From contig CDLV01000007.1 of the NCBI GenBank assembly GCA_001244265.2, positions 682,001 through 746,000 on the forward strand: 64,000 nucleotides of DNA. Direction: 5' to 3'. Shown one piece after another: positions 39,437-51,002 of the stretch (position 1 is the first letter of the stretch; every line of letters starts with the position of its first letter). The notes beneath the pieces were generated by a model. That model was given only the letters and a program-made list of their open reading frames with translations, was not told the origin of the DNA and did not search any database. The translations under genes and the position numbers were made by a program. Origin of the DNA: Microbotryum violaceum (Eukaryota).

Positions 39437-41939
39437 CCTGATATCAGTGCAAGGTCTACTAACGCCTTCAACAATACTTAGGTACCTGCTCAACGTAAAT
39501 GTCGACCGACCGATCTGGGTACCTCGTCCGAAAACAATTGGAAAAATCCGGACAGCAGTGAGCTTTTCTCTTCTGCGCTTACACGCGCGCGCAATTTTTC
39601 ACGCGCGCGTCTTCCAAAGACCCAGAGGCTCAAAGTGCAAGTGAATTACCTCCTAGCGAGGTCACCTTACGTTCTTCTGGGATTAACGTTCACAACAATC
39701 ACCTGAGGTTCTGGAAGAACAAGCAGGGCTTCACCCCAGCCGCTCGTGCGGCCGTCGATTTTCGTCGTCTAAGCTAAAGAGGGCAAGAAAAAATCTGCCT
39801 CCCGTTTTGTTTCGTCCAAACGTTCACTTGCTCAGTCTTGGGGCTACATAAAGTGATCGCATGCTCCACTTCACCGAACGGCATTCTGTTGCGTAGACGC
39901 TACCAGTTTTCCTTCTTCGGTAACGGCGTGTAAGCGCTGCAAGCGCCGCGATCGTCTCTCGATTCGGGACAACCCCTGGCCGAAGCCCCGTCCGCCTCCT
40001 CTAGCGAAGGCGCGCGAGAGTGCGCACGATCCAGCGATGCAGCTGCTCGACTGCTTGAGCCGGTCGTTGCCGTTTCAGAGAAGAGTCCCAGACATATGAG
40101 AGGGATAACTTTCGGCTTGCAGCTCCAGGCGATCATGCGCAGATTCCCAGGGATCGGTAGACGTGCTTGATCGTTGACATCTGGAATGTCACCGGAAGCT
40201 AGATGACGAAGAGGAAGAGCTAACAAGGGCAGGAAGTGCCCCCGATGGGCGTCAGATCGCAGTCACAGTCGCGCGGTCAGGGACAGGGGACCGAGCTCGA
40301 CGCCATTTTTTTCTCGCAGCGCGCGCAGAGCCGTGCACAGCACATCTACCGATGGCGACTGACGCTTTCGAAGGACAACTTTCATCATACCCCGCATTCC
40401 TAAGGATGGGCTTCTTGAACTACCTATGGATGCTTGTTCAAGGCTAGCAGAGGGCTGGAGAGAGCAGCCTCGCGGGACCAGAGCCGCAGCCGGGCCTCGG
40501 CTGTTCGGGATCTTTTACCCAGTGGTCGACTCTACTCCTCTCTACTTGGCAATGTTTTCCCCAAGTTCCGGCGAGGGAGATCGAGTGTCCCACCTAAGTA
40601 TAACACGCCTCGCTTGCATCAAGTCCTGATGAACCGGCGACCATCGTGCCGATGCCGATCCGTCAGATCCGCCTGCTGATCTCGAGCTCGCCAAGCGGCA
40701 GCGGCCGGTTTGAAATCCCTCGCCGATCGCAGAAAGCGCGCGCAACGATGAGCGCCTGCCTGCGGGTGTGCATCGACGCGCTTGACGCCGAACGCGATCA
40801 CGAGGATGATATTATGATGAGTCCGACATCCAAGGGGTCAAGGACTTGGAGCGAGAAAGCATGGACGCTCGGCTCCGTTTAACCCCGTTGACATCCCTAT
40901 ACGCCGAAATGGTTTTTTCTTTCTGCGACCCAAGCCGCTCGAACGTGCGACCATGGATAGCTTTTACACACTTTCTTGCAGAAGGCTCTGGGCCGGCCGG
41001 CGGTGGGGCGGGTCCGCTGTAGGGTGATCAAATTCGCCGGGTCCGGCAGGACGTCTTGCTTGGCGCTCGCAGGAAGGAGCAGGCTCGGAGCCATGACGTG
41101 TCGTGCGAGGAGGGCCTCCAAGACGTAATACTCGCAAGACCTCGTAATCAAACGATTCAAGTGGGCGTTTACATGCCTACGGTACAGCAGATGTGTCTCT
41201 GATAAATAACCTACTCCCGTAATACGATATCGACGCGAGCAACCATAAAAAGAATTGAGTAGGTGACTCGATTAAGGCGACGAAGATTATTCGACCGGGC
41301 AAATGAAAAGGTTCACGAATAGCAAGTCACTTGAGGCTCGCGGGGCGCGTAAGCACCGTCGGTCCGTCCCCCAGATGGCGCGATATTCAGCGTTTTGAGC
41401 GAGCCTTGTCCCCTCGAAATACATTTTTTTCGCCTTCAACCTGTAGCGACTGTGGCCTGATTTTCAATCACCACAACAGGTTCAATTCCTTCTGTATAAC
41501 TAGAGATATTGACTGGACTCGAGTGCCTACCGGATCACCTCTATGCGACGAGCCATAAAGAACCGTCCCGGCCCTGAATCGCGGTTTATCATCGAGGCGC
41601 TTGTGCCGATCCATCTCTTTGACGCACAAAGCTCGAGACCGCTCAGGCGCCTGCGCGCCGCCGTTCGGCCCTGTCAGGCGAGTTTCAAGCCCGAGTTCCG
41701 ATCCCCTTTGACTCGAGAGTCGAAGCTCGAAAGCACGTTTGCTTCGTCTCCTTCATCACCCACGCCGCTTCTCCACCACGATCGATTCCAACTTCGAGTG
41801 ATCACGCCCCACACTCCGACAGGAACGAGGACGACGACGATAGCACTATAGTGCCCTCGGTTCAGTCTTGGGACCGGGCTCGCTGCGAAGTCCAGCCCAG
41901 AGCCTCGACTCCGTCGCTCGCTCGTTCGTTCAAGTCGCA

Positions 41940-44191
41940 ATGGCCGCGGAGTTGGTTGCCCCGATGCATCAGCAGCTCGCAGCGTACGGCGCTCGACACG
42001 CCAAGTACCACATCCAGGTGGCCCAGGATGTAACGGACGATCTGTTGTTTGGCAATTTTTGTCTCAAGTGAGTATCTTTCTGTCTTTCACACGCCCAAAC
42101 AAGCTCGTTCGGCCGCAAGATGTCGGTCGGTCGCACGAACCACGCGTCGGTTCTCTTCTGCGCGCGCTCTCTCGCGCTTGCGACCACCGCCTGCCCTGCG
42201 TCGCCCCCGCCGTTCGGCCTGCCGTTGCCCGGGCCTGAGTCAAATGAGCCAAAATGAGCACGTTTCACCCGGCCGGGCCTAGCGGCGAATTGCGCTCGTG
42301 GCCCCGTATTCGCCGTCGGGCGTACATGCGCTGACTTCACTAAATGTGAATAACATGCTGACCACATCCAAATGTTTTGGTACCCCTTTATTTTGTTCGT
42401 CCTTGCGCCGAAAACAGCTGCGGGAACGAAGCCCCATCGGATTCGCCGTACTGCTCAGAGGAGTGTCGCCAGCACGACTCTGAACACGAGTCCGCGCCCG
42501 ATTCGCCCTCGGTCCTGCCGGCTCTCGTCCCGTCTGCATCCAAGTCGACATGCTCAAGCCCGTCGTCATCAGCGACGAACTCGCCTTCACCACGTGGGAT
42601 GGTCGCCGATGCGGTGCTCCACGAAGACCCGCCGCGACTCGACCTCGGCGCGCCCGTTACCCTGGCAAAATTTTACGGTGGACAAAGCCTGCCGATAGCG
42701 ATGCGATACCCGACGTCCAAGAGCTGGAAGGCATCGCACGTCGACTACCCGGCCGCTGGCCCGCACGACGTCGACCCCAAGGCCTCGCCGCAACAACCTG
42801 CATCGGACCTGCACTTTCGTCGCCGAGCCAGCAAGCCTCAGATCCCGGCACCCCTCTTTTACCGAGAGCGAGCGGCCCACGTACGGTCTTCACCAGCTCT
42901 TGGACCGATATCACCGACGAAACCAACGTTCTGGTCGCCCCAGCTCGCACCGACGAGTGACATCACCTCGCTGGCGCTGCCGCCACTGTCGTCATTGGCC
43001 GCTTCGAGTGCTGCGCTGCCGCCGCCCGTGGTGCGTACCAAAAATTGCGGTCGACCGGGATGCGTCGGCGAGATGAGACGCCCGAGAATATCCGCCTCGA
43101 GCAAGTCGTCGAGTCGGGCCCCGAGCAACAGCAACAACTCGCGACGGTCGTCTGCGAGCGCCGCGTTGCAATCCACCAACGCCTACGACCCGGCCTCTTC
43201 GATCGACATCCTCATGTCGCCTCGCATCCGAGCACTACGAGCCGCCGAGACGGGCCACCTCGCTTCATTGGACGACCTCTCTCCGGAGGATTCGACGGCG
43301 AGCCAGCCGGCGCCAGCCCACCCGCACCCCGCCGACGAGGCTTCGGGATCATCCTCGAGCGATGACGATGAGTCATCCCACACCCACTCGGCTTTCGCTT
43401 GCTACCTCTTCTCGCACCTCTCGGAGGACAAGAAGCGCGCTTTGAACCTGGCACGTGACGACCATGCCGACGATGGAGACGACGAGGTCGACGAGCGAGT
43501 TCCACGTGGCCGCTCAGGGGCCTCGCTCCCCGCCGCGTCCGAACGGGGCGTCTCAGTTGATTCCGCCGCGATCGCAAACAAGAACCTCGCGCGCCCGACT
43601 CGATTCCTCTTCAGCCGAGGGACACCCAACCCAATCCCGGTGGAGGAAGAACTTGACCACGAGCGCACCATCCGTTCGCGCCAATCGACCGTCCGCCCCA
43701 AGATCGAGCCCGGCCACTTTATCTCGGCCACGACCGACTCTCCCGGCACTTCCGTCATGCCCTCGCCCTTCCCGTCCACGCCTTCTTCACCCCCGACCTC
43801 TGGCCGGGGTCGATCCGTGACTCGCCGTCCTTCGCATTCGGAAACGGATCTGCTCGGGGACCTTCCAACCGGGCGAGGTCGATCGCAACTGCGTGGTCCA
43901 GGCGCCGTCCTACGAAGTCTGTCGCCCACCGCTCGTGGTGTCAGTGAATCGAGTTCACGAGGTCGCCGCTCGTCTTCGAGTCGCGCCCGCGAGAGTGAGA
44001 GTCGAGGACGCGAATCGCGAGGTCGGGGTCGGTCTTCTCGCAACGTGACCGACGACGAGGCGCTCGAGCTCGTAGACGAAGGGGACGAGGACGAACGAGG
44101 ACGAGGAAGAGGTCGGGACCGCAGTTCGTCTGCCTTCCGTTTTCGCGAGATCATCATTTCTGGAGCTGCTTACGGGCACGGCTCGCCGTAG
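41940..44191 (+). CDS. Ecl1-like (Cys4 zinc motif) protein with a long Ser/Arg-rich disordered tail; intron 42069-42417
   Basis: Splicing yields FGNFCLNCGNEAPSDSPYCSEECRQHD (CxxC..YCSxxC); repeated RGR/RGRS motifs. Confidence 0.72.
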
Positions 44192-44710
44192 CCGTTCAAG
44201 CCGTCACGGTCGCCAGGTCGACACCACAATACACGACATCACAACTCAAACCAAGCATCAGTACCGCATTCAACGCACCAAAATGAACATAAAAAAATTA
44301 TGTTCCACTCGCAACACCCTCGCTCGCATCTCAGTCTTTCATCAGTCTTTTTCGAATCTTGTAGCATCAAAAAACTGAAACCCCACTCCCTCTCTCTCTC
44401 TCTGGATCGCTCGGAAAAACAACCAGGACATGGTCTCATCTAGCTTTCTCTCCCCCTCCCCCATTCCTTCTTTCTCTCTTCCTTTCAAAAACAAAACAGC
44501 CGCTACACGTTTGATACCATCTCTAGCTCATTTGCAGTTTGCCTTTTTGAAAGCACGAAAAGTTGAAACTCGCATTTCGCATTGTTCCTGTTACCCCTTG
44601 CACCATCTTTCTTCAACAGAGAGCATGTCTTTTTAAATTGCATTTGACATTGGGATTACAAAGCACGAGACACCAACTCGTCAGAGGCAGTACAACAGAC
44701 TGCGATGTTT

Positions 44711-47530
44711 CTACTTTTTGGCCAACTCGATGACGATATGCTTGCTCGTCAACCTCGCCGTAGCCCCTGGATCCACGACGACGGTCTGCGTCCCATCAAT
44801 GATCATCGCCGGTCCTTTGACCAAATCCCCCTTCTCCAGTCGATCCAACAAGAAGACGGGTACGTCGACCCTACCTTGGGATTCAAAGTAGACTGAAGCC
44901 ATCTCGTCGCACTTGCTATTGCTACGATCCTCCCCCTCCCCCTTCCCCTTTCCAATCTCCTTGAACTCCACCGACCCCAATTCGTCCCAAACCGAAGGCC
45001 CCAACGAATCGAACGATTTACCGACCCCTCTAACTCGAACATCATCAACCGTGATCTTTGCATTCATACTGAAGCCAAATTCCTGCTCATAAGCCTGTGC
45101 GAAAGCTTTCGCGTAATCGTCGTCGTGCGCTGAAGGACGATGGATCATCAAAGCCGAATCGGTACCGTTGTACCGCATGTGGAGGTAAGGATGAATTTTG
45201 ATCCTCTCGTTCGAGAAGCCTTGGTTCGAGAGTTCGCGATGCGCTTGTTGACCCAACTCCTTCAAGCGTGCTTCGAGTCGTTCACTCGCCCCTAGAGTGG
45301 CCCATTGTTCCGAACTGGGTTCTTGACGTTCGACGACGCGTTCGGCAAGTGCCATTCCGTAAGCGGAAAGGATGGACGAGAAGTGGTGGATTAGGATCGT
45401 CGAGATGCTGAGGGTCGAAGCGATCGCGCAGGCATGTTGTCCACCTGCGCCTCCGAAGCATGAGAGGACGTGTTTGGACGTGTCGTAGCCTCTCGCTTCG
45501 GTTAGGGATCGGATCGGTCGACACATGGTTTCGTTGGCGACTTTGATGAAGCTGTGAATCGACTCTTCATTCCGTCAGTTTAGGTACTTTGAAGGTGACT
45601 CGACCAAAACAGTCCATTAGCTCACCCCCACGCGACTTGATCCAACGACATCTCCTTGCCCGTCTCTCGGTTGATCTCCTCCCTCAACTTTTCCAACGCC
45701 TCAGTCGAAGCCTCGACGTCCAATCCCTCATCCTCCTTCTCCCCGAAGACCTTGGGAAAATGATTCGGCAACAACCTCCCTAGTACCAGATTCGCATCCG
45801 TAATGGCCGGTTTCCCACCCTTCCTATAGCAAGACGGTCCTGGATCACTACCCGCGGATTCAGGACCGGTGACGAAAAGTCCGTTCCGCCAGAACAACCT
45901 CGATCCTCCTCCCGCGGCGACGGTGTTGATGTTGAGTTGGGGGGATTGAATCGTCACTCCGGCGGTGGTCGTTTCAAAGACAGTTTCGTAAGTGCCATCG
46001 AAGCGGGTTACGTCTGTCGACGTTCCTCCCATATCGAGACCGATCACGGCTTTACCACCTTCTTGCCAAGACGTCAAAGCGAAACCGACGACCCCACCCG
46101 CCGGCCCCGAGAGGATCGATTTGAGACCCGAAAACCCTCGTACGTCGGTCAAACCTCCATCGGAACGCATGAATTCGACGCTCGTTGTTCGTGGTGATTC
46201 TTCCGGGGAGGTCGAGGTTGATTCTGAAGCGTTGGTCTGGTTCGTTTCCCGGAGCGAAGGTTCAAAGCCGGAGAAGAAGCCGTCAATGTATTTGAGGAGG
46301 ACGGGGGTGAGGTAGGCGTCGACGGTGCAACTCGTTCCTCGGGCGACGATGCGAATCATGGGGAGGGACGCGGAGGAGAGGGAGATGTGTTCAAAGCCGA
46401 TCGATTGGGCGATGGACTCGATCTGTCGTTCGTGATCTGTTGCGCCACTCTGTCCCTGGGTCAGGAACAGGGAAGCTAGTAGGTAGAGATGACTTGTGGG
46501 AGATGAACGCACCAGGATAGGTGAAGGAGTGCATCAACACAATCGCCAAGGACCGATAGCCTTCGTCGTAAAGTTTCTGTAGTTCGGCCTTGACGGCCTG
46601 CTCGTCGGGCTTCTTAAGGATCTGCACGGCTTCCCCACTCAAACCCTTGACGACCGACCCGGGTGGATGTTGCTCGTCGTCGTAGCCCCTTTCGACCTGT
46701 CCTTGCTCGTCAAAGCGTACGGCTCGATCGGCTCGTTTGGGGTCCGAGGTGTATCCGACCAAGGTAACTCGTTCGTCGACCTGTGGGTGAGGTTCGCACG
46801 AGGCTCAGCCAAGTCCGGCGAGTTGAGTTGGGGTGGGGTGCGCCCACAGAAAGGGCCATCATGCTCACCTCGATAACGGAAGAGTACAGGACGGAAGGTC
46901 GTTTGATGTCAAGATCCTGTTCAAGATGGCGCAGGTTGTGCGATGTCAGAACTACATGTAGGAGCCAAGGTGTGGCCGTACTGACGAATATTCTGGGTCC
47001 TAGTAGTACCGTACGGCGTTCGGGTGGGAACAAGTGGGGGGTGGGTTGGGTGCGATCAAGTGCGAGTCAGTGCCTTTCTTCAGTGGGGGATGTGTAAGAT
47101 CCGAAGCACACGCACGACTCTGATTACCAATCTCCAACAGACTTCCAAAGCCCTGGGTGACGACGAGGGCATGTTTGGCCCCCTGTCGTTCGAGCAAAGC
47201 ATTCGTCGCGACGGTCGTACTCAGTCGGATCGAGTCGATCTTGTCCACGGGCAGCAGCTCTTCCCTCGAGTAGGTGTGGCCCGTGGCCAGTTGGAGGATG
47301 CGCCGTACGCCCTCGCGGGGTGCGTCCGAGTAGTGGGTCGGGTCCGAGGAGAGCAGCTTGAGGATCACCTGCGTTCGTTCGGCGGAGGAGGACGGGGAAG
47401 AGGACGGGGAAGAGGACGGGGACGAGGACGGGGACGAGGTGGAGATCTGGGGCCATGAGGCGTGTACGTCGGTAAAGGTTCCCCCTCGGTCGACCGAGAT
47501 CTTGATGCTTCGTTCTGGCAACTCGCGCAT
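44711..47530 (-). CDS. 5-oxoprolinase N-terminal half only (Hydant_A_N + Hydantoinase_A)
   Basis: SVDRGGTFTD, STTVATNALLER, IGNQSRPRIF, SGPAGGVVG, DMGGTSTDV, TVAAGGGS, FGGAGGQHA; stop follows GPAMIIDGTQTVVVDP..HIVIEL. Confidence 0.9.
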
Positions 47531-47655
47531 GTTGTTGGGTGGTGGGGGGGGGAATACGCAGCGGCAAGCGGGGTCATACGGTAATGATCGAATCCGACGT
47601 TGGGTGGGGGGCGGCCGAGGCAGCTGGTGTCGGCCGAAGCAATGCCGAAGCTTCA

Positions 47656-47808
47656 GCGCTTGAGCCCGCTGACGCTCGGACCCATTGACGACCAATCGTC
47701 GGGCTGGGGCGTCGCGCTCCTGCGGCTCACTCGCGCTTGAGCCCACTGACGCTCGGACCTATTGACGACCAATCGTGTCGGGCTGGGGCTTCGCACTCCT
47801 GCGCCTCC
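47656..47808. repeat. Imperfect ~77-bp tandem duplication in the divergent oxoprolinase/MAK5 promoter
   Basis: GCGCTTGAGCCC(G/A)CTGACGCTCGGACC(C/T)ATTGACGACCAATCGT... starting at 47656 and 47733. Confidence 0.85.
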
Positions 47809-47842
47809 CGCCCTCGACTCGGCCAGTCGAACGAAGCGAGTC

Positions 47843-50685
47843 ATGTCGAGCAACAAGCACTTTGCGTTCGCTCGCAAGCGCAACAACACACACAGCAAGA
47901 AGCGCAAGCTCGACGCAGTAGTAGCCACCCATACCGATCAAGCACCCACCGCAGCCGAGCCGAAGCCCGTGTCGACGAAACGAACCGAACGAGCCGCGAA
48001 CCTCGCGTGGAAGTCGATCGCGCTTCCTTCCGAGTTTGGCTTCGATGAAGACGGCGGCCTGTTGGAAATCGATGAGGTCGAAGGGGTAGAGGTCGTGTAT
48101 GGTGCAGCGGGCGTTCAGTTTCAGGTAGGCTCTTGTCTTGTGGATGGGCTGGTTGCCAAGCTGGGCTCTGGCCGCAGCTGACTCGCTTTCATGGTATATC
48201 GCTTCGCCGCATCGCAGGTCAAGGATGCTCTAACAGCCCCAGAACCCAAGAACAAAAAGACCAAGAACGACCATGTCGCATCCGTGGCAAAGGAACCTCT
48301 CTATGAATCGCCATTCCCGGATGAGCCACTCGAGCAACTCCCCACACTGGACACAGCAGTCAAACCTACTCCAGCTCCCAACGACAACAAGGCCAAACGA
48401 AAGGCCACGAATCGCACACAAAAAGCTGAACTGCAAGAACAACCAGAGGCCGATCGTGAGTACCGAGCTCACTCGTCGATTGAACCCCTATCCTCGGTCA
48501 TGCGGACCGATCGTTGATTTTCTCTCTCTGCCTTTCACTGTGCCCCTCCAGCCCACGACATTCTCCCCGCATGGGCTCATCTTCCCCTGGCCCCTCCCCT
48601 CTATCGAGCTCTGGCTGAACTCAAATTCGAAAAGCCGACCGCGATTCAGGAGCGAGCGCTCAGTGTAGAGATTGGCGCGATGCCTTACGTTCAACCCCAA
48701 GACGAGCAGGAAGGCGACAACGACTCTTCAGAAGAGGAGAACGAGGGGGAAAGGATCGAGGGGGAAGAAGAGACGACCACATCAACGCCCTACATCTCCC
48801 CCTTTGCCGATGAGCCCCTCGACGAATCCGCCTCTTCCCCCAACACGACCGACCGGGACATCGTCGGCGTCGCCCAAACAGGATCAGGTAAAACCCTCGC
48901 CTACGGCCTCCCCATACTATCCCACATACTCCGCAGCCCACCCTCAACCTCGACAGAAGATAATCCGACCCGATTAGCGGCCTTGATCCTCACTCCTACG
49001 CGAGAATTGGCCCTCCAAGTTCGAGCGGCGATTAATGAAGTTGCCATAAGGACCAATCGACTTTTACCGGACGAGTTGCAGGACCCGAATTTGAATGCAC
49101 CGAGGAAGAGGGAGAGGAGGCATCATATCAGTGTGGTCGCGTTGACGGGTGGGATGAGCGTCGAGAAACAAAAGAGGCAGCTGGCCAGGGGTGCCGACGT
49201 GCTTGTGGCTACGCCTGGTCGGTTGTGGGATATGATTGGAGAGGTGAGACAATTAAGATGTTCGAGGCTTTATCTACGGCGACATATGAGATGCTCACAC
49301 GGGCTTCGCGTATCTCTCGACAGAACGACAGCTTGGCTCGAGCGATCAAGGGTATCAAGTTCCTCGTCATCGACGAAGCTGACCGCATGATCGAGAATGG
49401 CCACTTTGCCGAACTTGAAAACATCGTTCGCCTGACCCGACGCAAGCGACAAAGTCCCGAAGACGATCCCGAAGAAGACGAAGCCGGATTCATCGACGAC
49501 TTTGCGATCTCGACGACCCATTCGCGCGTCGACTTGATCACCGCTCGAGAGGACATTCGCACGTTCGTCTTCTCCGCGACCATGTCCAAGGACTTGCAAC
49601 AGAACCTCAAGAAACGACATCGCAAGTTTCGCCCCGGTCGACCTGAGGACGGCATGTCGAGTTTGGACGACTTGTTGCTCAAACTCGATTTCCGTGATCC
49701 CGACCCCGAGGTTATTGACCTGACGCCTGAACATGGTCTCGTCGAGACGCTCAAGGAATGCAAAGTCGAATGCCTTCTACCGGAGAAGGATGTGCACCTT
49801 TACCACTTCCTCTTGCGATACCCTGGTCGAACGATCGTCTTCCTCGCTTCGATCGATGGAGTCCGTCGACTTCACCCCTTGCTCGTTCTTCTGGGGTTGA
49901 ACGTCGTTCAACTTCATTCGGGAATGCAACAACGTGCTCGACTAAAGGCCTTGGACCGCTTCAAGTCCGCGAAGAACGCCGTTCTCCTCGCGACCGACGT
50001 CGCGGCCCGTGGATTGGACATCCCCGCCGTCGCGCACGTCGTGCACTTCCAACTCCCTCGAACGGCCGACGTGTACGTTCATCGCTCCGGTCGGACCGCA
50101 CGAGCGGGACAACAAGGTTTGGCGTTACAACTCGTCGCACCGGATGAGAAACAGGTGCAAAAATTGTTGATGGCTTCGTTGGGTAAGGGGACCGATTTAC
50201 CCGGGTTGCCGATCGATTATTCGATCTACGATCAGTTGAAGAAGAGGATCGAAATGGCCAAGAAGATCGAGAACGCTCAGCATAAGGCGACGAAGAGTGC
50301 GCATGAGGATAATTGGTTGAAACAGGCGGCGGAGGCGATGGAATTGGATATCCCTTCCGATTTCGATTTTTCGGACGAGGAGGGGGATCCCGCGAATTCG
50401 AGGAAGAAGCAGGAGAGGACTCGAGGGGGGAGGAAGGGGAAGGGGCAACAATACGAACTCAAAATGTTGAAGGGGGAGTTGCAGAATATGTTGGATAAGC
50501 CGTTGATGATGAGAGGCATCTCGGCCAAGTATTTGACGACGAGGGCCACGGTAGGCTTGGTTGATCAACTCGTCGATGGGACCGGTCACGACAAAATCCT
50601 TGGATTCGATACCTCCACCGCTTTAGAGGACTTGAAGAACAAGAAGACGATCAAGAAGAAGAGCAATAAGGTTGCCGAAGAGTAA
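47843..50685 (+). CDS. MAK5: DEAD-box RNA helicase Mak5/DDX24
   Basis: Q motif, acidic insert before AQTGSGKT, PTRELALQ, TPGRL, DEAD, SAT, ARGLDIP, HRSGRTAR; N-terminal WKSI..GGLLEIDEV. Confidence 0.92.
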
Positions 50686-51002
50686 GTTTTCGATCTTCTC
50701 TCGTAGTTTGCTTTTATGGTAATAGTATGCCAGCAGAGTCGCACTTTGTAACACGAGAGAAATAACACAGAAGTGATGATGAAAGCAACAGCCATGAAAT
50801 CACTGCGACGGAAGTAGAACGACGTGTGTATAGGTGATAATGAGACATGCAACAAAGGAACGAAAAGGGTAAAAGAATAAAAATAATCAAGCGTGTACAG
50901 AAGAAGGGGGATCCTTGTTGCTGAGTTGAGGTTGAGACGGAGTTCACCCAAGCGGAGCGAAAATCATATAGATTCGTCGTTGCGACGCGAGAGTGGAGGA
51001 GG

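Noticed and set aside
39800..41200. Short ORFs as a gene or transposon remnant
   Set aside because: No recognisable domain or consistent exon chain; cannot be supported without a search
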